DNA of 64,000 nt, taken from the NCBI GenBank assembly GCA_041659985.1, contig JBAZXE010000003.1, forward strand, positions 1,977-65,976, given 5' to 3'. This DNA is from Thermoplasmatota archaeon. GTDB taxonomy: Archaea > Thermoplasmatota > E2 > JACPAO01 > JAHFTW01. The first letter of the stretch is position 1. Each line of letters opens with the position of its first letter. The notes under the pieces were generated by a model that did not search any database, was not told the DNA's origin, and saw only the letters and a program-made list of their open reading frames with translations. This document shows, in pieces, positions 9,145 to 18,557 of the stretch. A program made the translations under genes and the position numbers.

Positions 9145-9723
9145 GTGGCGCTGGTCACCGACGATTTCCGGCTTTACCATGAGCTTGCGCCGTATCTGGA
9201 GGCCAACGGCATCCGGGTCCTCGGCCTGAAACCCGGTGAAGACCCCCCCAAGTCGGTGAAGGTGCTCCTCGGCGGCCCTGCCGGCGATCCGCGCACCGTG
9301 CCTCTGCGCGATGATCGCGAGGCAACGTTGTTGGCCTTGATCGCAGCGCTCGATGAACGGCCGACGGCCAAGGGCGGCTACCGGCGCGTCGTCTTCGGCG
9401 TCGACCCGGGCCATGTCATCGGCCTCGCGGTGCTGGCCGATGGCCAGTGCCTGCATGTGACCGAGGCGCGCAGCCCCGACCAGGCCGTCGAGCGCATCGC
9501 CGCATGGGCCACCGGCCTCTCAGCGCAGCGCTGGGAAGTGCACGTCGGCGACGGCCACCCCAAGACGGGCCGTGGCATCCTCCCCGCCGTCAAGGCGCGC
9601 TTGCCGCAGGCCCGTGTGCTCCTGGTGCCGGAGGAGGCGACGACGCCGTTCCGCCCCGTCACCGCCAGCCGCCACACGGACGCCGCCATCACAATCGCGC
9701 AGCGCGAGCCGCGCATGGATTAG
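9145..9723 (+). CDS. RuvC/RNase H-fold nuclease-like protein (tentative)
   Basis: GTG 9145 inside track ORF 8629..9723 (the upstream part overlaps the previous gene out of frame). Motifs VVFGVDPGHVIGLAVL (GxDPG) and HTDAAITIAQR resemble RuvC catalytic blocks. Start uncertain. Confidence 0.4.
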   Translation: MALVTDDFRLYHELAPYLEANGIRVLGLKPGEDPPKSVKVLLGGPAGDPRTVPLRDDREATLLALIAALDERPTAKGGYRRVVFGVDPGHVIGLAVLADGQCLHVTEARSPDQAVERIAAWATGLSAQRWEVHVGDGHPKTGRGILPAVKARLPQARVLLVPEEATTPFRPVTASRHTDAAITIAQREPRMD

Positions 9724-9768
9724 GTCCAACCTGGGCATTGCTGGCGTGCCGGCTTTGCAAGCGGAACG

Positions 9769-10863
9769 TTGAACCGACGGCCCGTCCAATTGAGGGCGCC
9801 GATGGACCCGTCCCGCTGGATCGCCCTGCGCGAGCGCCTCGAGGACCTGCCGCAGGCGCCGGTCCCGCGCGCCCATCCGCGCAACTGGGTGTTCCGCGTC
9901 AAGCGTGGCCTCGACATCATCGGCCACCTCCGCCTCGACTCGGCGCGCTTCTTCGCCCACTACAACCCGTACCCGAAGCCGTTCAAGCATCTCGTCATCC
10001 CCCTTGACGAAGGCGTCGAGATTGGGGCGTGGCTGGGCCCGCAGCACGCCGAGCGCAGCGACTGGGGCTTGGTGCTGGTCCCCGGCATGTTCAGCACCAA
10101 GGACGACACCGTGCACAAGCGCCGGGCCATCCGGATGTGGCGGCATTGGCGCATCCCCGTCATCGCCATGGACATGCGCGGCTTCGGCGAATCCACCGGA
10201 ATCTCGACGGCCGGCTGGAAGGAGGCCGAGGACGTCCACGCCGCGGCCCGCACCCTTGTGGCGCAGACTGGCGTCAAGCGCGTGGCGATTCTGGCGGAAT
10301 CCTTGGGAGGGGCCGCCGCCCTCAACGCGTTGGCCTTCGACGGCGAATCCGGCCAGAACCTCTTCACCGGCGGCGTCCTGTGCTGGAGCGCCTTCGTGGA
10401 CGCGCGCGACGCGGTCAACTACATCTCCGAGCGCCCGCCGTCCGACCACCCGTTCCTCGGAGCGTGGGACGGTTTCCGTCGGCTGTTGCGCTTCAAGTCG
10501 ATGGGTGGGTACGACCGGTTCGACGAGTACCTCGAAGATGCGGCCCGCGTCCACGGCCTGTCCGGCTTCAGCGAGCTTGCCGACTTGTCGAACCCGAAGT
10601 GGAAGGTGCCACTGATGCGGCAGCCGACCCTCCTTGTCCATGCCACCGACGACCCTGTCGTCCCCGTGCGCCACGCCCGCCGCATGGAGCGCTACGCCGA
10701 AGGGCATCCCCACATTCAGACGCTCATCACTAGTTGGGGCGGCCACACCGGTTTCGAGCCCATGGACCCGACGTGGTTCTGGGAAGTCATGCGCCTCTTC
10801 TACGGCGAGGTCAACGGCGTCGAACTGCCGAATTTGGCCAACGAGCGGCTGCTCAAGCCGTAG
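9769..10863 (+). CDS. Alpha/beta-fold hydrolase
   Basis: 364 aa. Nucleophile elbow AESLGG, late Asp (HATDDPVVP) and His (WGGHTGF), consistent with a Ser-Asp-His triad. Alternative ATG at 9802. Confidence 0.7.
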   Translation: MNRRPVQLRAPMDPSRWIALRERLEDLPQAPVPRAHPRNWVFRVKRGLDIIGHLRLDSARFFAHYNPYPKPFKHLVIPLDEGVEIGAWLGPQHAERSDWGLVLVPGMFSTKDDTVHKRRAIRMWRHWRIPVIAMDMRGFGESTGISTAGWKEAEDVHAAARTLVAQTGVKRVAILAESLGGAAALNALAFDGESGQNLFTGGVLCWSAFVDARDAVNYISERPPSDHPFLGAWDGFRRLLRFKSMGGYDRFDEYLEDAARVHGLSGFSELADLSNPKWKVPLMRQPTLLVHATDDPVVPVRHARRMERYAEGHPHIQTLITSWGGHTGFEPMDPTWFWEVMRLFYGEVNGVELPNLANERLLKP

Positions 10864-11368
10864 GCGGCCCGGGCGCCCCCTGGTCGCGGCCCTCGGGCGG
10901 GGTCGGCGATCGCCCGGCGGTCCCCGCTTTGCGCGTGTGCCGCAAGGCCCGCCCAAACGCCGCCGCCGTGCGGGTCTGCCGGGCGTGGTGCGACGTCAAC
11001 TCACGGGCCAGGTCCACCGTGACCTGGGGATTCAACGGCTTGCGCAGGAACTGGGAGATGCGGGCCGAATTGAGGGCCTGGATGGCCACGTCCATGTCGG
11101 GGAACGCGGTCGCCAGGACGCGGGGCACCGAGGGGTGGGACTTCTGGACGATGTTCAGGAAGGCCAGGCCGTCCATGGGGGCCATCCGGTAGTCCGACAG
11201 GATGAGGCCGACCTCGTCTTCGGTCAGAAGCTCCAGCATGAGCAGGGCTTCCGGTGCGGACTGGAACGTCACGACGGGGCAACGCAGGGCCGGCTCGAGG
11301 ACGGCCTGGAGGCTCTCGCACGTATCGGGTTCGTCGTCCACGACGAGGACGAGGCGCTTCCCGGCCAC
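10853..11368 (-). CDS. Stand-alone response-regulator receiver domain protein
   Basis: RLVLVVDDEPD, LILSDYRMAPMDG and FLRKP are CheY-like acidic pocket, phospho-Asp and Lys blocks. Basic low-complexity tail and no output domain. Confidence 0.8.
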   Translation of the reverse strand: MAGKRLVLVVDDEPDTCESLQAVLEPALRCPVVTFQSAPEALLMLELLTEDEVGLILSDYRMAPMDGLAFLNIVQKSHPSVPRVLATAFPDMDVAIQALNSARISQFLRKPLNPQVTVDLARELTSHHARQTRTAAAFGRALRHTRKAGTAGRSPTPPEGRDQGAPGPPTA

Positions 11369-11567
11369 TCCCAGTAATTTTTCCGCCCTCGTGATAAAGA
11401 TTCAGGTTCCTTCCTGAACCTGGGCCATGGAAGGACCCAAGCCATCCTTCCCAAACCCTCAAAGCCACCTTTTTCCTGGTCGCCAGTGGAAGCGACGCCC
11501 CGCCGCGTGGGCCGCAAGCCGAGGGACGCCTTGTTGTCCTGCCGGCACCGGACGCGGCAAGTGCACC

Positions 11568-13085
<1,518 letters not shown>

Positions 13086-13096
13086 CGCGGCGCACC

Positions 13097-13957
13097 ATGG
13101 ACCGCCAGCGAGCCCACGCGACGGTCATCGGCCAAGACAAGGCCGGAGTCATCGCCAAGATCTGCGCGTTCCTGTTCGAGTGCGGCGGCAACATCGAGGA
13201 GCTCGACCAGCACGTCACGCATGGGCTGTTCACCATGCACCTGGAGGTTTCCTGGCCGCGCGAGGGGCGCAAGGTCAAGGAGATGCACGACGGCCTGCAA
13301 GCCGTGGTGGCCAAGCTTGGAATGGAACTGGAGTTCCGCGCCGCCGCGGACGGAGGAGACGGACCAACGCGGCTCGGGCTCCTGGTCACCAAGGAGTCGC
13401 ATGCCCCCCGTGCCGTCCTCGAGGCGTGCCGGGCGAAGGCACTGCCGTGCCAGGTCGTCGTCCTCCTGGGCAACCGTGACGACCTCCGGTCACTCGCCGA
13501 AGAATTCAGCATCCCGTTCCATCATGTCCCCGACGCCGACAAGCCGCAGCACGAGGCGGAACTCTTGCGCCTGCTGCGCGAGACCGCGGTCGACCTCGTC
13601 GTCCTGGCCCGCTACATGCGCATCTTGAGCCCGAACTTCGTGTGGCGGTTCCCCAACCGCATCCTCAACATCCACCCGAGCCTCCTGCCGGCGTTCCCCG
13701 GCGCCGTCCCCTACCGGCAGGCGCTGCAGCGCGGCGTCCGTGTGGCCGGCGTCACGGCGCACCTTGTCACCGTCGACCTCGACCAAGGCCCCATCCTGGC
13801 ACAGGAATCGTTCTCCGTCGACGCGGCCGACGAATTGGCGGACGTGGTGCGGCGCGGGCGCGACCTCGAATCCAAGGTCCTCGTGGACGGAATCCGCCTG
13901 TGGAATGCGGGGACCCTCGAAGTCGGCTGGGGCCGCACCTGGCCGGCGAGCGCCTGA
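13097..13957 (+). CDS. purU: Formyltetrahydrofolate deformylase
   Basis: N-terminal ACT domain (VIGQDKAGVIAKICAFLFECGGNI) plus a formyltransferase core (VLARYMRILSP, ILNIHPSLLPAFPG, VTAHLVTVDLDQGPIL). Confidence 0.8.
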   Translation: MDRQRAHATVIGQDKAGVIAKICAFLFECGGNIEELDQHVTHGLFTMHLEVSWPREGRKVKEMHDGLQAVVAKLGMELEFRAAADGGDGPTRLGLLVTKESHAPRAVLEACRAKALPCQVVVLLGNRDDLRSLAEEFSIPFHHVPDADKPQHEAELLRLLRETAVDLVVLARYMRILSPNFVWRFPNRILNIHPSLLPAFPGAVPYRQALQRGVRVAGVTAHLVTVDLDQGPILAQESFSVDAADELADVVRRGRDLESKVLVDGIRLWNAGTLEVGWGRTWPASA

Positions 13958-14009
13958 ACGGCCCGCCCGAGGCAGATTCACCTCGGAAGGTTCCTAACCC
14001 CCGCTTCGC

Positions 14010-14960
14010 ATGGAACATCGGGGATGCACTAGCTTGGCCTTCGACAAGCGCACGTTGGTCCTGCCCGAAGGGGCGGTCTTCGAGGAGCGCACGCTGGCCA
14101 CCGTCGGCGACCTCATCCTCGGCGACCACGTGCGTTGCGGCTACGGCCTGCGCACCCCGGGCCGCGTCTTCCTCGGCCGCGGCGTCGAGGTCAAGGGCGA
14201 CATCGCCGCCGGCAGCGACCTGCGCGCCGACACCTCCACGCACATCGAGGGCTCCGCCAAGGTCGGGGCTGCAGGGTTCCTCGGCGAGCGCTGCTTCGTG
14301 CAGGGCGACCTCGAGGTCGAGACCGACTTGGACGTCGGCGACGACGTGCGCGTCGGCGGCCGCCTGCAGGCCAAGGGCTGGGTCAACAAACGCGACCCGG
14401 TGCCGATGGTCCTCTACATTTTCCTCTACATGCTGGAACTGATGCGCCTCGGCCACTCCGAGGAAGTCGAGCGCATCCTGAAGGAATTGGAGGAGTCGGA
14501 CGCCGACATCGCTGTCAGCGATGGCTTCCTCTTCGTGCCGGACCACTCGGTCCTCGACGCCACGGTCCTCGATATCCACGGCAACCTCGACGCCGCCAAG
14601 GGTGTGCGCATCCTCGGCAACGCCACGGTGCGCGGCCATGCCCGCCTGGGCGAAGGCGTCCGGGTCTTCGGCGCCGTGCGCGCCGATGGCGACGTCGAAC
14701 TGCGCCCCGGCGCAGAAGTGCAAGGCGACTTGGTGTCCGGCGGCGAGGTCGTGGTCGGCGAGGGTTGCACCATTCTCGGCAACCTGCACGGGCGCACCGT
14801 CATCCTCTACCCGGGGGCCACCATCGACGGCAAGGTCGTCGCCAGCGAAGGCGTCTCGTTCCGCACCGAGGCCCAGGCCAAGGCGCAGCAGACCGCCGCA
14901 GAGAACGTCGAGACGTTTGCGGTCACCAAGTCCGCTGATTTGGCGGACCTCTTGGGGTAG
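14010..14960 (+). CDS. Bactofilin-like (polymer-forming beta-helix) protein with two repeat domains
   Basis: 316 aa. Two blocks of short G/D/V-rich beta-helix repeats (GDLILGDHVRCG..GRVFLGRGVEVKGDI..; GNATVRGHARLGEGVRVFGAVRADGDVELRPGAEVQGDLVSGGEVVVGEG) separated by a hydrophobic helix (PVPMVLYIFLYMLELMRL). Confidence 0.6.
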   Translation: MEHRGCTSLAFDKRTLVLPEGAVFEERTLATVGDLILGDHVRCGYGLRTPGRVFLGRGVEVKGDIAAGSDLRADTSTHIEGSAKVGAAGFLGERCFVQGDLEVETDLDVGDDVRVGGRLQAKGWVNKRDPVPMVLYIFLYMLELMRLGHSEEVERILKELEESDADIAVSDGFLFVPDHSVLDATVLDIHGNLDAAKGVRILGNATVRGHARLGEGVRVFGAVRADGDVELRPGAEVQGDLVSGGEVVVGEGCTILGNLHGRTVILYPGATIDGKVVASEGVSFRTEAQAKAQQTAAENVETFAVTKSADLADLLG

Positions 14961-14965
14961 CCCCG

Positions 14966-15739
14966 TCAGACCCCGGTGGCGAGTTCCCAGGTGATGACGT
15001 CGTCCGGAGCGAGCGGCATCAGGGAAATGCCGAAGTCGGCGGTGCTGCCGTTGACCTTGTAGCCCCAGTAAGGCGGTTCCCCGGCGTCCAGCGCGTTGCC
15101 GGCGCCATTGACCTTGTCGACGCCGAAGTCGAAGGCGTCATCGTAACTGTACTCGACAACGTTGCCGGTGACGGCCTCCCAGGCGACCAGGGCGTCGTGC
15201 ACGTTGGCGAAGTCGGGGTGCGGCCGCGCCTTGTCCTCGTAGGCTGGCGCCGAGGCGAAGGCGTCGATGTCCATCCAGATGGTGTCGGTGGTGCTGGCGC
15301 GCGGCGGCACGACGGCGGTGTAGAGAACCTCGATGGTGACGGAGGCCATGCGGACGACGGTGGCGCTGGCGAGCGCGGTTGACAAGCCGTCGTCCGCGAA
15401 GACCTCGACAGGGGTGTGTCCGTAGCGCAAGCCTTGCAACGTGACTGTCCAAGTCTCGTTGGCCTGCGTGTTGCCCGAGACGTAGATGGCGTCCCCTCCG
15501 TCGCCGTCGCTGCCGATGACTGAGATGGCGGCGGGCTTGGAGATGGTGCCGCGAAGGGTGATGGTGTCCGCGTCGGTCGGCGTCGGTTGTTCCAAGGTGA
15601 GGATCAGGGCGATGGGGGCGGACTGCGTCGATGTCGGGGCAGTCGACGGCGTCGCGGATTCGTCCGGGGCCTCTGGCGTGGCACTGCAGCCCGCAAGGGC
15701 GACAATGAGGAGGACAACGAGGGCAAACGGTCGGATCAT
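14966..15739 (-). CDS. Lipoprotein with C-terminal DUF4430-like domain
   Basis: MIRPFALVVLLIVALAGC lipobox. The C-terminus (EPPYWGYKVNGSTADFGISLMPLAPDDVITWE) resembles the DUF4430/transcobalamin-like domain. Start overlaps the upstream stop (ATGA 15736-15739). Confidence 0.55.
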   Translation of the reverse strand: MIRPFALVVLLIVALAGCSATPEAPDESATPSTAPTSTQSAPIALILTLEQPTPTDADTITLRGTISKPAAISVIGSDGDGGDAIYVSGNTQANETWTVTLQGLRYGHTPVEVFADDGLSTALASATVVRMASVTIEVLYTAVVPPRASTTDTIWMDIDAFASAPAYEDKARPHPDFANVHDALVAWEAVTGNVVEYSYDDAFDFGVDKVNGAGNALDAGEPPYWGYKVNGSTADFGISLMPLAPDDVITWELATGV

Positions 15740-16698
15740 GGGGAAGAGCGCCTCCGGAGGACGATCAGGGCGAGGAGGAGAAGGGACAATGGCGCGAGGC
15801 CGGATGGCGGCGAATCACGGTCGCCCGGAAGATCGACGGCGAAGCCCGGGACCGTGAAGGAGAGTCCCTGGTCGGGCGAGCGGCGCTCTTCCCCCTCGCT
15901 GCGGTAGTCGAGCGTATGGCCGCCCGAATCAAGCCCTTCGAAACGGATGCGCCACTCGGGGCCGGTGGTCCGGCGCTCCCACGCGCCGCCGTCGAGCCGC
16001 CACCAAATCTCCGTTGCGTTGCCGTCGGCGTGGCGGCCTTCGACCTGCACGGTTTCGGAGGTCACGTTGGCCTGCGCCGTCGGAGCCAAGAGCGGCAGCG
16101 CGCGCCACAGGGACACGGCCGCCTGCGAGGGCGGGAACGAGGCCGTCAGATTCGCCGACGAGTCGAAGCGTTCGCCGCCGTCGGAGGTGTTGGTGGCGAT
16201 GACGTGGTTCCCGTTGGCGGAGAGCACGGCGAGCCAAACCTTGCGTTCAGTGGGCCGGGTTTCGAGGCCAGGCGCCGTCCAGTCCGCCTGCCATTCACGC
16301 ATCAACGTGCCTTCCGGGAGGTACGTGATTTCCTGCGGGTTGGGGACGCGCAACTTCCCTTCGAATCCGTCCGGGACGGCAAACGACCCGCCGTCGATGG
16401 AGAGGTCGAAGCCGCCTTGCGGAGCCGGCGGGGGGAGGGCTTGGGGGCCGCCGGTCACACGGATGGTCAGGCGATAGGTCTGACCAACCTCCCACGCTTC
16501 TGGAAGGCCCTCCAGCTGGGCGAACGCCGGCTCGTGGAGGGCGGGAGCCACGGTGTGGCACGACAGGCAGGTGGCGCCGGCCCGGCCGGAGAAGCCCGGC
16601 GAGGAGGCGAAGGTGGCGTCCGCGTCCTGGGCCAGCCACACAGCACCGGGCAGAAGGCCCAGCAGGAGCGTGGCGGCCAGGAGGCGGTTCAAGCCCAC
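15736..16698 (-). CDS. Secreted, C-terminally anchored protein with a single CxxCH haem-c motif
   Basis: Signal peptide (MGLNRLLAATLLLGLLPGAVWLAQDA), GATCLSCHT motif, two beta-rich domains, and a C-terminal TM plus basic tail (GLAPLSLLLLALIVLRRRSSP). Confidence 0.55.
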   Translation of the reverse strand: MGLNRLLAATLLLGLLPGAVWLAQDADATFASSPGFSGRAGATCLSCHTVAPALHEPAFAQLEGLPEAWEVGQTYRLTIRVTGGPQALPPPAPQGGFDLSIDGGSFAVPDGFEGKLRVPNPQEITYLPEGTLMREWQADWTAPGLETRPTERKVWLAVLSANGNHVIATNTSDGGERFDSSANLTASFPPSQAAVSLWRALPLLAPTAQANVTSETVQVEGRHADGNATEIWWRLDGGAWERRTTGPEWRIRFEGLDSGGHTLDYRSEGEERRSPDQGLSFTVPGFAVDLPGDRDSPPSGLAPLSLLLLALIVLRRRSSP

Positions 16699-16900
16699 TT
16701 GCGGGTCGTCAACCAGAATGGAATGCTGAAAAGCCCTCTGTCAAAGGCGGTTGATGCCACGACGCCGAAATCGCTCGGTACTAATGGGGTGTGGAGGGGG
16801 TGCGGAAAGGGAGGAACGTACGAATGAGGGGGAAAAGGGTGCGAGGTCGCGTCGGTTTGGATTCGCGCCCCGGCAGTCTCACCCAAGAGGCGAACGGACC

Positions 16901-17134
16901 TCAAGGAAGGGGGATGTGGTCGACGGTCTCCAAGACGAAGGCGATGGTGCGGGCGGCCTCCTCCTGGACGAACGCGACCGCAGCCATCCCGTCGCTGGCG
17001 GCCCCGCCGTCGCAGTACGCGTAGTTCACCGTGGGGGCAGCGGGACCATAGTACTGGCACGCCGAAGCCGAGGGGGCGGCCACCAGCGCAACGGCGGTCA
17101 ATGCAATCATCATCAAGGGCAGGGTTTTGTTCAT
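16901..17134 (-). CDS. Small secreted protein (77 aa, 2 Cys)
   Basis: ATG 17134 inside track ORF 16901..17203. Signal peptide MNKTLPLMMIALTAVALVAAPSASA. Confidence 0.45.
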   Translation of the reverse strand: MNKTLPLMMIALTAVALVAAPSASACQYYGPAAPTVNYAYCDGGAASDGMAAVAFVQEEAARTIAFVLETVDHIPLP

Positions 17135-17284
17135 GGTTTTTCGTCTCCTTGTTTGAAGGCGATCCGGTTGGGGACCGCTTCGAAGGGTAGGAAACGAGGG
17201 CATGGCTTAGCCCGACTGGAGCATGCGAGGGCCACGAGTTTCCCTCTGTTGGACCGGCGTTCAGCCCACCTTTGCTCCACTCCG

Positions 17285-17290
17285 TTTATA
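17285..17290 (+). promoter_or_regulatory. TATA-box-like element (TTTATA) positioned for a leaderless transcript
   Basis: The only AT-rich hexamer in a GC-rich intergenic region; its centre lies ~26 nt upstream of ATG 17314. Confidence 0.4.
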
Positions 17291-17313
17291 CTGCCCTGCG
17301 CGCCTGATGAGGC

Positions 17314-17730
17314 ATGGCTGAGCAAACCCGCCCCGCCGCCTCCAACTTCCCCCGCCGTGCCACGGGCCTGCTCCAGCGACTTGGACTCCTTGGCGTGGCC
17401 GCCGTGCTGCTGGCGCCCTCGGGGCAGGCTTGGGTCCTCATGACGTATGCTCCCGTTCACGTCGATGTTGACGTCAACTACGGCCTCGACCCGGACCAGG
17501 GGGAGGCGTCGATGGGGGCGACGGTCCTAGTGTGCTCCGAGAATGACGAATACAGGCTGGTTGACGTGGACGACGATCCCGGGTGGGTCACGGTTTGGAC
17601 ACGCAACGGTGCAGACGAGAGCGAAGGCTCCCGCAAGACAACGGCTGGCTGCGGGTCCGACGAATCTGAACCGGAGTCGCCCGTCGAGGTCACAGTCTGG
17701 GTCGACCAGCGGCCTTGGGGCATCGTTTGA
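17314..17730 (+). CDS. Secreted protein with Tat-like signal, unknown function
   Basis: 138 aa. FPRRATGLLQRLGLLGVAAVLLA is a twin-arginine-like signal. Acidic mature part. Confidence 0.5.
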   Translation: MAEQTRPAASNFPRRATGLLQRLGLLGVAAVLLAPSGQAWVLMTYAPVHVDVDVNYGLDPDQGEASMGATVLVCSENDEYRLVDVDDDPGWVTVWTRNGADESEGSRKTTAGCGSDESEPESPVEVTVWVDQRPWGIV

Positions 17731-18557
17731 ACCGGTCTGCGGTCCTGATGCTGGTGGGCGTGCTCGCTGCCGGGTGCGCGGGCCCCGCAGGAACGCTCGG
17801 CGGCGGCGAGGCGACGGTCGAAGATTACGCGCTCCCCCTCGTCGGTGGGCCGGGGTCCCTGACGTTGACCGAGTGCGTAGCCCTGAAGGCCACCGCCCAT
17901 CTCCCAGGGGGCATCGGCGCCGCAGACCGCCCCCCGGGATGGCCCGCCTCGCCCGGGACGGACCTGCCGAACATAGTCGTCCAAGCGTTGCGATGCTCCC
18001 GCATCAGCGTGGGGCCGTTCGAGCGAGGCCCCGTCCACGTCGTCCTGGAGTGGCACGGAGACGCCCAGGCGCCGGCCCAATGCTTGGAGGGGCAAAATGG
18101 CCCCCGGGAGACACGCATTTTGTCCACGGCCTTGTTGGACGATTCAGAAATCGCTGACTACTTGGAGCGTGAATACCACGTGCCTGTTCGGGTCGCCACG
18201 TTCACTGAGGACGAGGTCACTCTAGGTCCGGTCCAGTTGCACACCTGGACGCTGCGCGTAGGGGAGGGCCCACAATCGGAGGTCCGGCTCGAAGCCGACC
18301 CGGCCAACGGCGTCGAACAGTGGCAGTGGCGTCTGTTTTGGGCATCGGGCGACGGTGTGGCCAGCCTTGACATTGCCTGGTCCGGAACGGGTTCAACGGC
18401 GCTGCGCCCGGCAGAAGGGGCCTTCCATCCTCCAATGCTTATTGGCCGAATGGCCAACCAGACGTTCCTCGGCTCAGGGGTATGGTACCCGAACCTGGAT
18501 GGTCATGGTGCCTTCACCGCTTACCTTGACCAGCACTGTCGGGAGATGCAGGGGTGA
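17727..18557 (+). CDS. Lipoprotein, unknown function
   Basis: Track ORF 17715..18557. TTG 17727 overlaps the upstream stop (TTGA), with TTG 17715 as an alternative. N-terminus NRSAVLMLVGVLAAGC contains a lipobox. Confidence 0.55.
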   Translation: MNRSAVLMLVGVLAAGCAGPAGTLGGGEATVEDYALPLVGGPGSLTLTECVALKATAHLPGGIGAADRPPGWPASPGTDLPNIVVQALRCSRISVGPFERGPVHVVLEWHGDAQAPAQCLEGQNGPRETRILSTALLDDSEIADYLEREYHVPVRVATFTEDEVTLGPVQLHTWTLRVGEGPQSEVRLEADPANGVEQWQWRLFWASGDGVASLDIAWSGTGSTALRPAEGAFHPPMLIGRMANQTFLGSGVWYPNLDGHGAFTAYLDQHCREMQG

